From positions 69,453-133,452 of the forward strand of contig JAFVTS010000008.1 of the NCBI GenBank assembly GCA_017503105.1: a DNA stretch of 64,000 nt, read 5' to 3'. Positions 37,301-45,934 of the stretch are shown here, in pieces. The translations under genes were made by a program, and so were the position numbers. The notes under the pieces were generated by a model. The model was not told the DNA's origin. It searched no databases and saw nothing but the letters and a program-made list of their open reading frames with translations. This DNA comes from Clostridia bacterium. Its GTDB lineage: Bacteria; Bacillota; Clostridia; Oscillospirales; CAG-272. Every line of letters begins with the position of its first letter. Position 1 is the first letter of the stretch.

Positions 37301-37909
37301 TGCCTCGATGGCTTCCAGCGTTTTCTGGTTTTGCTCGTTGTAATATTGCGTCTGCTCGTCGTAAATATCCTTATACGCGCCCTCCTGCTTGCGCAGGTAT
37401 TCCTCGTAACTGTCGATAGCCGCCACGCCATCCCACGCAGAGGTAACAGGAGCGGCAGGAGCGGTTTCTGCCGCAGGGGGTGTAGAAGATCCACCGCCAG
37501 AGGCAGGAGCAGACAGAGGCGTTTTCTGGGCGCTTCCGCTGTTGGGATTATACGGCAAGGTTTCCACCTTCGGCTCGTCGCGTCCTACCTGATATTCAAG
37601 CGTTGTGGGCTTTGCCGCGCTACCATCGTTCGGATTATGAACAAGCGTCTGGGGCGCAGACTGACTGCCAGCGATATAATCCCCGTAGGTCATGCCGTTA
37701 TAAGCACCATTTACAGCGCCAGCAACGGCGTTCGCGGCGTTTGCCACACCAGCACCAACAGTCGCGCCGACGACGGGAGCAGAGGGCGTATTTGCACCAT
37801 ACGATGTATCTACCGTAGGCGTAGAATTGCCCTGTGCGTTTTTTACTGCGTTAGCGGCGGCGCTTACAACCGCACCAACGGAATTACGGATTTGATCCCA
37901 TATCGACAT
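34301..37909 (-). CDS. Repeat-rich 1202-aa virion-module protein (coiled-coil; internal/ejection or tape-measure-like candidate)
   Basis: RBS AGGAGGAAAG. Gly/Ala-rich N-terminus, two families of 55-aa tandem repeats and a globular C-terminus. Confidence 0.65.
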   Translation of the reverse strand: MSIWDQIRNSVGAVVSAAANAVKNAQGNSTPTVDTSYGANTPSAPVVGATVGAGVANAANAVAGAVNGAYNGMTYGDYIAGSQSAPQTLVHNPNDGSAAKPTTLEYQVGRDEPKVETLPYNPNSGSAQKTPLSAPASGGGSSTPPAAETAPAAPVTSAWDGVAAIDSYEEYLRKQEGAYKDIYDEQTQYYNEQNQKTLEAIEAQRQAALAEAQNQKDLLYGAAETAKNSAYSNAEQQLMADLNYSQQQYDTLIESINAQKNSGMALAEEQKQALLSMSEEQRNAVYAYAEEKRAADIAQAEKQYGALIEAINAQKLSGEALAQEQRDLLLSMSESQRSTIYAAAEEQRAADIAYAEQQYQTLIDSINAQRAAGEALATEQRDLLLSMSESQRNAVLAAAEEQYNADILHATKQYQSVIDAINQQKATGEAMAAEQRDLLLSMSKEMQEKVYEAAELQRQQAYTSADVERERSVVDARSSYEQNKASYGANAEAMAGMGLTGSGYGDYINQQAYAQQRAETQQANAQAAAVKRDADYVEGQAKLQADTDYLQNKHTAESQYADRMYDLDLSYQKNKLSADQALEDSKHSADSARRQTATNAEAAHQENVYNAQSQYSQNMYEIDTTYQGNKTAADQALAEGKHAAESAERSAKAQADADHLQNQYNAESQYKQNMYEVDTTYQSNKLAADQSLEDSKYAAESAEKQSKAEADAAHRENTYNAESQYADRVYEIDTTYATNKANADAQKSAMDYEAHTNERNAKYEADQAYNENKYAADSSYSKNVADAEAAARADTLAANQAADAGKFNADMSYRENMLNNDNAIGAYRQQKADEAAAKAEEETSYARAAYTEFLAGANSGSYTADQLRQLAQEYGLSEEQTNSLVNAANDYEQKRQAAANAELSAGTGDNIGYIEDAVQSGAITEEQGKAQIENIQESNYNSFAEDISYGYADTDAIDKAYADGKISQAQYDDLKAKWNNAIDTSASTFYNNDGTALLNKSAAKVELDKICNSKWCSEATKSALRAVYRSLYTPITKSVKFNNDGSFLFFGSDDLAEAGNNFSVICNGTKYRIESGGEINDTNIKEVASDLSDGTVFGYQGTIYIKKDNRVFKIQKRSGSYTDHYNNLYNLFFGGGDTTSTASANSAGTAAKANPKWTSYQDAADAGYSNIMTRTEWARRKSSTGCNTYQEYLDKMYAKYVG
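35510..36277 (-). repeat. Coding tandem repeat family B (5 x 55 aa)
   Basis: ESQY/QSQY/DSSY recur at aa 557, 612, 667, 722 and 777. Unit consensus ..H.EN.YNAESQY..NMYE.DTTYQ.NK.AADQ.L. Confidence 0.7.
36500..37192 (-). repeat. Coding tandem repeat family A (4 x 55 aa)
   Basis: INAQK/INAQR/INQQK recur at aa 256, 311, 366 and 421. Unit consensus ..GEALA.EQRDLLLSMSESQR..Y.AAEEQRAADIA.AE.QY..LI. Confidence 0.7.
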
Positions 37910-39866
37910 TGTTCTTTCCTCCTGCCGTTAAAGATTTGATTTTTTCAAGCAGATAGCCCTCGTAGCCAGCGCGATTCTGTACCTCGCCTTGAAGCGCCTT
38001 GATCTGCGCCTGATACTGCGCGATCTCCTGCTGACGCTGGATCTCTGCCTTGATACGCTCCACATTGTCGTTCGCCCATGGATAATGCGCCTTCTCCATG
38101 TTCTGCCAGAAAATGAGTTGCGTCTGGGGGAGAGCAGGATCGCCGTATGCGCCCTGCTGGAAGTTCTGCCTGTTCTCCTGCCACAGAAGTTCTCTGGATT
38201 TGTCAACATCCACGGTGGCGTCCGTTCGGAAGAGGTACTGATCGTTGTAATACCACTCGCCAGCCTCGTCGCGCTCGATAAAGTCATAGCGATTAAAGAT
38301 GCGGTTTTGAAGATTGCCCTGCGCGTCGCGGTATGTAGCAGGGCGCGGCTCGTCCGCATAGGCAAGGTAATACTGGAAAATGATCTGGTCGATCTCCGCA
38401 TACGCGGCGTTTTTCATTTGGCGCTTGGAATCCAAACGACCTGCCGCCTGCTGTACCTGAATCTGCTTTGCCTTGCCGCTCTGCGCGGAGGCGTCGTACT
38501 GTCCTTGGTAACTGTCCGTAATGCCGAGGATGCGCTTTGCTTGGTCGTAAAGGCGCTCTGACTGCTCAATATCTCTGGAAATATCCACCTGCAAATCCAC
38601 GCGCCCGAACAGTTGGAAAGTATCGTGCTTTGCGCGAAAAACTCTCTTGAAGATGCTATTATCCATTTCGCCCGTAAAACTGTCAGGCACAATAGGATAG
38701 ACGCCGCTTCCCATAAGTTTCTCGGCAATGCGGCTTTCCAGTTTGTTGATCGCCTGCTGTTGCGGACGGATAAATTCGCAGTCAGACTGTCCGAGCAGGT
38801 TGTCCTCTTCGGATGTATTCTTACGGATAACGATGGGGAATTTGCTGGGTGCATAGAAAGGAAGGCGTGTCGGTTCTGTCTTGGGTACAAGCACATCCGC
38901 AAAGAGCGGAGCAGTAACACCGCCGCCGATGTCCTCAAACGCCATACTGCCGTCCTGCTCAACCATCTGTTGCTTTTGGGTTTCCATGACGATCTGACCG
39001 TCCTTGATAACCTCGCTCATAGCAGGGATCACAGAGCCGTCGGACAGCAGAATATCTCTGTCAAGTTCCTCGTATTCCTCGTTTTGGAGTTCAAGTTTCG
39101 GCTTCTCGCATTTGCAGAGTTCTTCGCGCTTACCGCAGACCTTACAGATCTTGCGCTTTCTCGCAAAATAATCCTCAATGTCGAGCAGTTCTGTATCGCC
39201 CGACCAGATATACTGACAGATCTTGTCGTCCTCGTCCTTGTAATAGCACACATAGAGGGTGGCGGTCTTTTCGTCTGCGTTCTCGTCGGATTCCGCTTCG
39301 TCTGCGATTTCGGGGCTGACGCCGTATTTCCGCATAATATCCTCTTTGGTGGTTTCAAAGGTGATAAAGCAGTATTCCATATCGTCCAGACTGTAAATGT
39401 TCGGTTGACCGACGAAGCGCTGGGGAGAAAGACAGGAGATTTTGACATCTCCGACCGTGTTATGGGTAACAATGGAATTATCCCACTCTGTCAGCCACAC
39501 AGAGCCGCCGTAAATGGGATTGTAGCGCTCGTCAATGTCGTTCAATTTCTCAAACGGCAATTCGTCGCGCTTGTTGCGTAAGAGCGTTTCGGCACTCTTC
39601 GCGTTCCGCTCGTTCTTTTCGCTCCACATCTTCGGAGATACGGACGGATTCGGCAGGTAACTCGTAACCTGACTTTCCACCAGTTCGTATGTGATGTTTC
39701 GCACCTGCTTTGCCTCTTCCTCCGAGCCGTCGATCTTCGGGCTTCCTTTGTACTGCTGGATATGCTGTTCCAGTTTCTCGTACAGTTCCTCGGAGGCGGC
39801 TTTGGCTTCGGAGTACAGTTCTTGGAAAAAAGCGAGTTTTGTACTGTCCTGATATTCTATTCTCAT
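37884..39866 (-). CDS. Portal protein candidate
   Basis: 660 aa, overlaps the terL stop by 4 nt. Size and position are typical of a portal. No profile search was run. Confidence 0.6.
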   Translation of the reverse strand: MRIEYQDSTKLAFFQELYSEAKAASEELYEKLEQHIQQYKGSPKIDGSEEEAKQVRNITYELVESQVTSYLPNPSVSPKMWSEKNERNAKSAETLLRNKRDELPFEKLNDIDERYNPIYGGSVWLTEWDNSIVTHNTVGDVKISCLSPQRFVGQPNIYSLDDMEYCFITFETTKEDIMRKYGVSPEIADEAESDENADEKTATLYVCYYKDEDDKICQYIWSGDTELLDIEDYFARKRKICKVCGKREELCKCEKPKLELQNEEYEELDRDILLSDGSVIPAMSEVIKDGQIVMETQKQQMVEQDGSMAFEDIGGGVTAPLFADVLVPKTEPTRLPFYAPSKFPIVIRKNTSEEDNLLGQSDCEFIRPQQQAINKLESRIAEKLMGSGVYPIVPDSFTGEMDNSIFKRVFRAKHDTFQLFGRVDLQVDISRDIEQSERLYDQAKRILGITDSYQGQYDASAQSGKAKQIQVQQAAGRLDSKRQMKNAAYAEIDQIIFQYYLAYADEPRPATYRDAQGNLQNRIFNRYDFIERDEAGEWYYNDQYLFRTDATVDVDKSRELLWQENRQNFQQGAYGDPALPQTQLIFWQNMEKAHYPWANDNVERIKAEIQRQQEIAQYQAQIKALQGEVQNRAGYEGYLLEKIKSLTAGGKNNVDMGSNP

Positions 39867-41233
39867 AATTCAGGCAATCCTCCATATTTCTTGATTAGCA
39901 ATTTTCTTATCTCTTCCGATCCTGCGTTCAGATAATCCTCTAAATGATCCTTGCGGTATTTTACGCGCTTCTCCTGCGTCGGCAAGGAAGGAGATACCCA
40001 GTAAATCGCAAAGTAACGGAGCGCATCGGGGCTGTGGGTGATCTCGTGCGGCTCGTTCATTGTGTCCGTAGGATGCTTGGGATCTCTTAACAGTTCGGGA
40101 AGATTCTTTATGAGTTGAGGGCAGTTCTTGAAAATGTGCAGTCTGCTGTTGCCCTCTGCGTCCTGCGCCAGCAGTTCCTTGATCGCAAGCCAGCCAGCCT
40201 CTCTGTCGTTGTTGGACTTTGTGAGATCCAGCCCAGCCTCGGAGAACAGAAGCGCCTTGCTCTTGCCCGTTTCCTGCGACCTGTTCCAGAGGTCAGGGGG
40301 AGCGAGGACGGCGTATATATTCTCGTTAGGCTCTGTATTTTCCAGAATAGCCTTCGCCGCCATACTGATCGGCAGATCGGGCTTGCAATACTCTTTATAG
40401 ACATAACAATTTGTTGAGTTGTCAACAGCGATCCAGTATGCCGCAAGCATATCCAAACCGTAGTCGATAGCAATGTATCGCCGCCACTCTTTCGGGAGAG
40501 GGAACGGCTCGCATACATGAATATCGCGGCGAAATTCGTTGAAATACTGTCCTTCGGCAACATCCCAAGAGCCGTAACGCCAGCGCTCTCTCATTCCCTC
40601 TGGAAGCGAATCCAACTGCTTGACATAATCGGGGTTTTTCCGCATCAGGATCTCGTTGTCGTCCACGAGGGATTGAATGAATAAAAAATCGTCGGGGTTT
40701 TCGCCCTCCAGATACTCGCGGCTGACAAACAGACGCTTTACCCATAGGAAGCCGACGCCATCAGGGTTGCAAGTCAGATACATTCTTTTCGGGAAGTCGT
40801 TTGCGCCACGCAGGCAGGCTTTTAACACATTAAAAACCATTTCCGTAAACTGCGTAGCCTCTTCCAGAAAGATCACATCATACTCTTGCCCTTGATACTG
40901 CAAGGCGTCGCTGTCGTTGGCGAAATAGGAGCATTTGATACGCGATCCATTGCGGAAGCAAAATGCCTTGTCAGCCTCTTTATACGGTGCAAGGCTGTCG
41001 GGCAGGTCTGCTTTCAGGGGCAGAATGTGGTTGTCGCGCAGGTCTGTGTAGGTCTTACGGATAATCAGGATCTTTATACCAGCCCATTTCAAAGCCAGCC
41101 GCTTTGCCTTTTCTCTGACCGACCACGATTTGCCGCCGCCTCGCGCTCCGCCGAACGCCACATATTTTGCCTTCGCCAGCATAAACTCCCTTTGCTTCGG
41201 CTGGGGCTTGCCGAGAACGACGCTAACCTGCAT
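39863..41233 (-). CDS. terL: Terminase large subunit
   Basis: 456 aa with Walker A GGARGGGKS, Walker B YDVIFLEEA and a C-terminal nuclease region. Confidence 0.9.
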   Translation of the reverse strand: MQVSVVLGKPQPKQREFMLAKAKYVAFGGARGGGKSWSVREKAKRLALKWAGIKILIIRKTYTDLRDNHILPLKADLPDSLAPYKEADKAFCFRNGSRIKCSYFANDSDALQYQGQEYDVIFLEEATQFTEMVFNVLKACLRGANDFPKRMYLTCNPDGVGFLWVKRLFVSREYLEGENPDDFLFIQSLVDDNEILMRKNPDYVKQLDSLPEGMRERWRYGSWDVAEGQYFNEFRRDIHVCEPFPLPKEWRRYIAIDYGLDMLAAYWIAVDNSTNCYVYKEYCKPDLPISMAAKAILENTEPNENIYAVLAPPDLWNRSQETGKSKALLFSEAGLDLTKSNNDREAGWLAIKELLAQDAEGNSRLHIFKNCPQLIKNLPELLRDPKHPTDTMNEPHEITHSPDALRYFAIYWVSPSLPTQEKRVKYRKDHLEDYLNAGSEEIRKLLIKKYGGLPEL

Positions 41234-41754
41234 CAGTTCGATTCCTCGTCGATCTCGTCCGAGAGTTCTATGTTAAAGGTCACGGTATTGTCGGTTGCAG
41301 TCTTGTCGCTCATACCGTGGTTGTTGATAGCCTCAAACTTCGCAAAGAGCGGATTATATATGCCGCCCAGCGTGTTTGTAATGAGTTTCGCCTTTTGCAG
41401 TTCCTTTGCGCGTGCGTATGCGTACTTAAATCGGGCGCTCTGATCGCACCAATTCCTCAATGTTTCCGTAGTTACACCGAGTTTAGCCGCAAAGGCTTCA
41501 AAGGTGGGGTATTCGTTCGGTATAATGATCGGAACGCGCTTTACGACCTCGCCCTTGCCGTTCAGAGTTTCGGAGTATTCCGTGCGTGTGTTCGGCTGGT
41601 TGAAAAACTCTATCAACTGATCTGCATACTCTTCGTGGTATTTGCAGGCGGCGGCGTTTTCTTTTGCGAAACGGGTTGCCTCTCCGATCTTATGGTCTTT
41701 TGTAAATCGACCTCTTTCATCCCGTCCTGTCTGGGGTTTCTTTGTTTGGCTCAT
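41233..41754 (-). CDS. terS: Terminase small subunit
   Basis: 173 aa with a basic N-terminus (GRDERGRFTK) and an HTH-like region. Its stop overlaps the terL start. Confidence 0.65.
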   Translation of the reverse strand: MSQTKKPQTGRDERGRFTKDHKIGEATRFAKENAAACKYHEEYADQLIEFFNQPNTRTEYSETLNGKGEVVKRVPIIIPNEYPTFEAFAAKLGVTTETLRNWCDQSARFKYAYARAKELQKAKLITNTLGGIYNPLFAKFEAINNHGMSDKTATDNTVTFNIELSDEIDEESN

Positions 41755-41859
41755 TTTGTATCTCTCCTTGTCAAATCAAAACAAAAAGAGCCATGACGCT
41801 CCGATGGGGAACATTATGGCTCTGACCTCTATGGGTATATGGCACATTATCTGTTATAC

Positions 41860-41900
41860 ATTCTATCACACTTTTTACTTCGATTTGTCACCATTTATTC
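41860..41900 (-). promoter_or_regulatory. Late promoter copy 2: conserved 26-bp box plus extended -10
   Basis: Minus strand reads GAATAAATGGTGACAAATCGAAGTAA, 9 nt, then TAGAAT preceded by TGA. Lies ~105 nt upstream of terS. Confidence 0.5.
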
Positions 41901-41944
41901 TGCGTGAAGAACATTTTTGATCGACTTTATTGTGCTATTATTTT

Positions 41945-41982
41945 GTGGGGTGGTGTGGGGTGCTTTCGGATGCTTCGGGGTG
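41945..41982. repeat. G-rich short direct repeats upstream of terS
   Basis: GTGGGGTG at 41945 and 41955, GGGGTG at 41977, and TGCTT(T)CGG at 41961 and 41971. Confidence 0.5.
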
Positions 41983-42051
41983 ATGCCGATATACTCTTAA
42001 AGTATATATATAATTAAATATACAATTTAGTTTAGTTATATTTTAGGGTAA

Positions 42052-42387
42052 TTAAAGGAGCGAGAGTTCTTTGGCAATATCGTGTATCAGTTTTCTGCGG
42101 CGGCGGTAGTATGTATTCTTTGATACCACGCATTGCGTGGGCGATCTGGTATAGCCTCTTCCTTCGGCTATATCGCGCAACAGATCGGCTCTTATTCCGA
42201 CCTCTACCTCTTGTAGCGCGCCGTCGATAACCGAGTTCAGTTCAATATACCTTTCCAGCACCGCGCCCGTTATATTCGAGTATTTTATGGCTCTCTCGCG
42301 CCTTTCATAATCTGCGCATATCGCATTTACCATGCAGACAACGCTTGTCGGGATCTCCCAACTGAAATACATTTTTTCTCTTGCCAT
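42052..42387 (-). CDS. Putative late-gene transcriptional activator (RinA/ArpU-like by size and position)
   Basis: 111 aa. Last gene before the packaging operon and directly upstream of late promoter box 2. C-terminal helix region YYRRRRKLIHDIAKEL. Confidence 0.35.
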   Translation of the reverse strand: MAREKMYFSWEIPTSVVCMVNAICADYERRERAIKYSNITGAVLERYIELNSVIDGALQEVEVGIRADLLRDIAEGRGYTRSPTQCVVSKNTYYRRRRKLIHDIAKELSLL

Positions 42388-42409
42388 CTTTCGCTCCTTT
42401 TGGCGTCGG

Positions 42410-42694
42410 CTATCCTTCGCCGCCGTCGTCTGTGACTAACTTGTTATATTCCAACAACCAGCGCACGGGAACGGGATTCCCAGTCTGGATTCGCAGGGCT
42501 ATCGAGGACGCAAGCGCCACCATGCGCTTATTGTCTTTATTCGTGCCGAGTGCGCCTGCGTACTGCGTCGGCTTGCTTTTCTTGCCGCTTGGCTTCTGGA
42601 TAAAACTGCATCCGTCGCAGATCGGTGTTCCAGCGTTCAGGCAGTTTATACAGGGGTTTTCGGTGGGCGGCAGGTCAAATCCTTTACTTGCCAT
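42410..42694 (-). CDS. Phage hypothetical Cys-rich protein
   Basis: 94 aa containing CINCLNAGTPICDGC. Confidence 0.5.
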   Translation of the reverse strand: MASKGFDLPPTENPCINCLNAGTPICDGCSFIQKPSGKKSKPTQYAGALGTNKDNKRMVALASSIALRIQTGNPVPVRWLLEYNKLVTDDGGEG

Positions 42695-42792
42695 AGCAAT
42701 CCCTCCCTTGCCCTGAAAAATCGCAGATGCCGTCGTTCACGGCTTGCCTTGCCATATCTCCGCCCTTGCCCGTCAAGAGCAGGAGCAGACCG

Positions 42793-43224
42793 TCAAGAAT
42801 GACCTTCAGTATCTTTTTTATCCGCTTCATCCGTATGTACCTCGCCTTTCTTTTCGCGCCTCTGACGCGCCGCCAGTAGCCGCTCTCTTACTTTCGGTAT
42901 ATCTACCATATTTGCCGCCGCTTCCATCGTTTCCAGCGTCTTGTCCGCGATCTCGTCCTCACTCTTTCCGAGTTGTTTTCCGAGAGGGTATGTAGCCCTG
43001 TTCCAGACGAAAGCGAACAAAAGCGCTTCCAGTTCCGCACAGCGATTCAGCGCCTCTTCCAGCGCCGTCTGCTGCTTGCCCTTGGCTCGTCCGCCTACAC
43101 GGACGGTAAAGACATGCCTGCGCCGCTCTCGCGGCTCTGTGGGCGTATTCTTCGCCTCGCAGGCGCGGCATACAATACCTTCGCCTTCAGCGAGGTATGC
43201 GCCGCAGGTTGCGCAGTTACTCAT
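42793..43224 (-). CDS. Phage hypothetical zinc-ribbon protein
   Basis: 143 aa with an N-terminal CATCG...CRAC. Confidence 0.5.
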   Translation of the reverse strand: MSNCATCGAYLAEGEGIVCRACEAKNTPTEPRERRRHVFTVRVGGRAKGKQQTALEEALNRCAELEALLFAFVWNRATYPLGKQLGKSEDEIADKTLETMEAAANMVDIPKVRERLLAARQRREKKGEVHTDEADKKDTEGHS

Positions 43225-43603
43225 GTTGTTTTCCTCCTGTTGTGGTTTTCGGTAACTTGTTGTATTTGTCTATAAGTCTGATCGCGTCGTCGGCGTTCCA
43301 GCACACGACGCAGGCGTATCCCTCCGCAGAGAGGATTTCCAGCCATTCCTCTTGATCTTTCGTGGTCTTGCCCTTATCGTATTTCATTTCGACGGCAAAC
43401 CCGTGATAACCCCCTCTCGCCCTCGTTACAAGCAGATCGGGGAAGCCCTTGCGTAATCCCATGCTTTTGAGCAGATTGGCTGTTGCAGGGCTTCTTTTGC
43501 CCTCGTTCGGTATATGTACGACGGGTATGTGCATAAGGTCGCACCACTCGACGACGGCGATCTGTTCCGCACATTCAGAAGAGCGGAGTTTAGGGCTTGG
43601 CAT
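43217..43603 (-). CDS. VRR-NUC domain nuclease
   Basis: 128 aa with motifs GFPDLLV ... FAVEMK (PD-(D/E)xK type). Confidence 0.8.
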   Translation of the reverse strand: MPSPKLRSSECAEQIAVVEWCDLMHIPVVHIPNEGKRSPATANLLKSMGLRKGFPDLLVTRARGGYHGFAVEMKYDKGKTTKDQEEWLEILSAEGYACVVCWNADDAIRLIDKYNKLPKTTTGGKQHE

Positions 43604-43692
43604 TACGAGCCTCCACCGCCGCCGCTCTCAACCGAGCGTACAAGGGCTTTATCGAGAAGATCCAGCGCGGCTGATTTGTTTATGTATTCCAT
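43603..43692 (-). CDS. Very small ORF (29 aa), translationally coupled
   Basis: Hand translation MEYINKSAALDLLDKALVRSVESGGGGGS. Strong RBS AAGGAGGAATCACC. TAATG overlap with the VRR-NUC start. Confidence 0.3.
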   Translation of the reverse strand: MEYINKSAALDLLDKALVRSVESGGGGGS

Positions 43693-43708
43693 GGTGATTC
43701 CTCCTTGT

Positions 43709-44248
43709 TTAACAATCGTAGTCGCTCCAATCGAGCGCCTGTCCGCAGTTGCGGCAATGTTTTTCGGTGTTGAAGATAATGGCTATTTTAGGTTCTTTGG
43801 CTTGAAGTGATTTCATTCCATTGCCGAAGAAATAACCACAGCAGGGGCAGTATATATGCCTAACCAGATCGTCGCCTTGATTTTTCGGCGGCTGGGAGAT
43901 CTGTTTTGTAATGGCGAGGACGATCTTCTGCTTATCCAGCAAAATCACATCGGACACGCCTGCCGCTTTTGCAATATCGACAATCTCATTCATTGCCTCT
44001 GTGTCGATCTTTTCCTCATAGGACTTGATTATGTACCCGATCTGGCTTTCTATGTAGGTCTTTCTCTCTGTCTGCTCCATGCGCATTTCAAAACGCGGCT
44101 GGTCTATACGAATATGCTTCACAGGGCTTTCTTCAAGCCTGCGCTGGCGCGCGGCTTCTGTTTTTGCGTAATTCAGCACATCCGCTAACCCCTGACGCGT
44201 TATCTCTGGATCTGGCAGACGCGCCTCCGCAAATATCTTTTCTTCCAT
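43709..44248 (-). CDS. Phage hypothetical protein with a C-terminal zinc ribbon
   Basis: 179 aa from the ATG after GGAGG. Contains CPCCG...CRNCG. Confidence 0.55.
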   Translation of the reverse strand: MEEKIFAEARLPDPEITRQGLADVLNYAKTEAARQRRLEESPVKHIRIDQPRFEMRMEQTERKTYIESQIGYIIKSYEEKIDTEAMNEIVDIAKAAGVSDVILLDKQKIVLAITKQISQPPKNQGDDLVRHIYCPCCGYFFGNGMKSLQAKEPKIAIIFNTEKHCRNCGQALDWSDYDC

Positions 44249-44258
44249 GCGCAACCTC

Positions 44259-44420
44259 CTATCCGAAAGCGTGGAGCATAGCCAGCGCCACGCCGATCAT
44301 CGTCATAAAGACGCCGAGCCTCTGCGCAGGATCGTGATTCTTATGTGTCGCAACGATGCAGACGACCAGCCCCGATATAGATACCAGAGAGGCGGCGATA
44401 GTCAATATAATAGATTCCAT
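44259..44420 (-). CDS. Small membrane protein
   Basis: Hand translation MESIILTIAASLVSISGLVVCIVATHKNHDPAQRLGVFMTMIGVALAMLHAFG (53 aa, 2 TM helices). Confidence 0.4.
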   Translation of the reverse strand: MESIILTIAASLVSISGLVVCIVATHKNHDPAQRLGVFMTMIGVALAMLHAFG

Positions 44421-44430
44421 GCCGTCCTCC

Positions 44431-44637
44431 TTACCACTTCTTGAAAAATGACTGAATGATGGCGACTGTCAGCAGGATAACCAGAAAGACAATCGGTGCG
44501 ACTGCGCCGATCAGGAGAGGGAGCATAACCAGCCACCAGTTCCAAGTGATCGCGCCGCAAAGTTTCAGGATTATAAATGTGATCTGGAATGATCCCACAA
44601 ATCCAGCGTAGAAAAAGGGTGTTTTACGGTCTTTCAT
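44431..44637 (-). CDS. Small membrane protein
   Basis: 68 aa from the internal ATG (MKDRKTPFF...), 2 TM helices. Confidence 0.45.
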   Translation of the reverse strand: MKDRKTPFFYAGFVGSFQITFIILKLCGAITWNWWLVMLPLLIGAVAPIVFLVILLTVAIIQSFFKKW

Positions 44638-44962
44638 CGTTCGCCTCCAGTTTTTCTGCGGCGGCTTCAAGAAGATCCGCAATGCTTCTCCACGCACCAA
44701 CCGTTATTCTGATTATTCCGAAATCAGCAGGCGTCGCTCTCATGTTTCGCGAAAAATGATGCAACATTTCTGGTGATACCTTAATTTCCTTTTTTTCAAG
44801 CATATCCATATCGGCAACGCCCTCGATCCTCGAAACACGCAAAGTAAGTTCCTTTCCGCCCTCAATGGTTGCTATAAAGGTTTCGTTATCAACATTTTGC
44901 AAGTGAACAACGCCGTCTATCATTTTTTCTTCTCCAGCGGCGTTCAGGTAATGAATTTTCAT
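44624..44962 (-). CDS. Phage hypothetical protein
   Basis: 112 aa from the ATG after GAGGAGGA. ATGA coupling to the upstream gene. Confidence 0.5.
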   Translation of the reverse strand: MKIHYLNAAGEEKMIDGVVHLQNVDNETFIATIEGGKELTLRVSRIEGVADMDMLEKKEIKVSPEMLHHFSRNMRATPADFGIIRITVGAWRSIADLLEAAAEKLEANDERP

Positions 44963-45216
44963 GTGTCCTCCTCGTATTTTCCGCAAGCCGTGTCCTTCAG
45001 GCGTATATCCGTCGCTTGGCTTGCGCTTCTTATCCATAAGCCGCATTTATACCACCTGCGGCTCTGGGTGTATGAACATAGGTGTTTGCAGGTCTTACAG
45101 GTTTTACCCTCGGTAATGCCGTATAGTTCCTGCATCCGCTTGTAACGCCTGCCGCCAGACGGCGGCGGATTCGTTACTTCGGTTTCGTTGCCGAAAATGT
45201 CAATCTGTTTGCTCAT
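44959..45216 (-). CDS. Phage hypothetical Cys-containing protein
   Basis: 85 aa from MSKQIDIF. Contains CKTCKHLC...C. ATGA coupling at both ends. Confidence 0.5.
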   Translation of the reverse strand: MSKQIDIFGNETEVTNPPPSGGRRYKRMQELYGITEGKTCKTCKHLCSYTQSRRWYKCGLWIRSASQATDIRLKDTACGKYEEDT

Positions 45217-45782
45217 TCCAGAGCCTCCACATAGCACCAAGACTGGGGAGCGGTTACTTTTCTGCCGCAACCAACTATTTTTGAATCCGACGAAAAATCG
45301 CGTGGCGTGTGCCAAATAGCGTCCTTGCATTTATGGCAGTTTCCATCACAAGGACGGCGAAATTCGCTTAACTCCTTCGGCTTATCGTATATCACAAGGT
45401 CGGTGATGAGCCAACCGTAAGCCTTTTTGTCATAGCCAAGATGCGTTTTTCTTGGTATTCCAAGATAATCAAAAAATTTATCTCTTGACAGGCAAGCATA
45501 GGCTTGTACCCAACCCGAATTACATTGATAAAGTTCCTCTATCTTTTTGCATACAAACTCGCCTATAACTTTGCCTGTTCCATGCAAAAAATCGTACCTT
45601 GTTCCGTCCGTTCTATATCCAACAACGCCGATATGCTCAAATTGTTTATCTTTTGTTTCGTAGATATAGCACTTGAACGGGGAATTAAGTTTCGGTCTGG
45701 TTTTTCTGACCTCAACAGTCTTTTTCCCAGATGCAATCAATTCGCACCATTTAGGCTGTATGCTTATCAATGCGGCTTCCAC
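45213..45782 (-). CDS. ASCH (PUA-like) domain protein
   Basis: 189 aa. N-terminus ALISIQPKWCELIASGKKTVEVRK matches the ASCH pattern. Cys-rich C-terminus. Confidence 0.65.
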   Translation of the reverse strand: MEAALISIQPKWCELIASGKKTVEVRKTRPKLNSPFKCYIYETKDKQFEHIGVVGYRTDGTRYDFLHGTGKVIGEFVCKKIEELYQCNSGWVQAYACLSRDKFFDYLGIPRKTHLGYDKKAYGWLITDLVIYDKPKELSEFRRPCDGNCHKCKDAIWHTPRDFSSDSKIVGCGRKVTAPQSWCYVEALE

Positions 45783-45934
45783 TTCGCCACCTTCTTTCCG
45801 TAAGCCCTCTCCTTGGAATAGTAGTGCTTACAACGGTCTATTTCGTCACCCACACCCTTGAAATAACCCTGATACAGGCAAACGCACTTGTGGATGCAGT
45901 TCCGACATCTCTGCTTGTTGGTAAGTTTTTTCAT
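45767..45934 (-). CDS. Small Cys-rich protein
   Basis: Hand translation MKKLTNKQRCRNCIHKCVCLYQGYFKGVGDEIDRCKHYYSKERAYGKKVAKWKPH (55 aa). ATGA overlap with the radical SAM stop. Confidence 0.35.
   Translation of the reverse strand: MKKLTNKQRCRNCIHKCVCLYQGYFKGVGDEIDRCKHYYSKERAYGKKVAKWKPH

Noticed and set aside
24386-37939. Many long plus-strand or off-frame ORFs inside the two giant genes (for example 24386-25948, 26051-28294, 30827-32275, 32282-33844, 34538-36583, 34987-36315, 36638-37939)
   Set aside because: They are antisense or frame-shifted shadows of the 3352-aa and 1202-aa ORFs. They arise from biased, repeat-rich composition. They lack RBSs, and their translations are low-complexity (Arg/Ser/Cys-rich).
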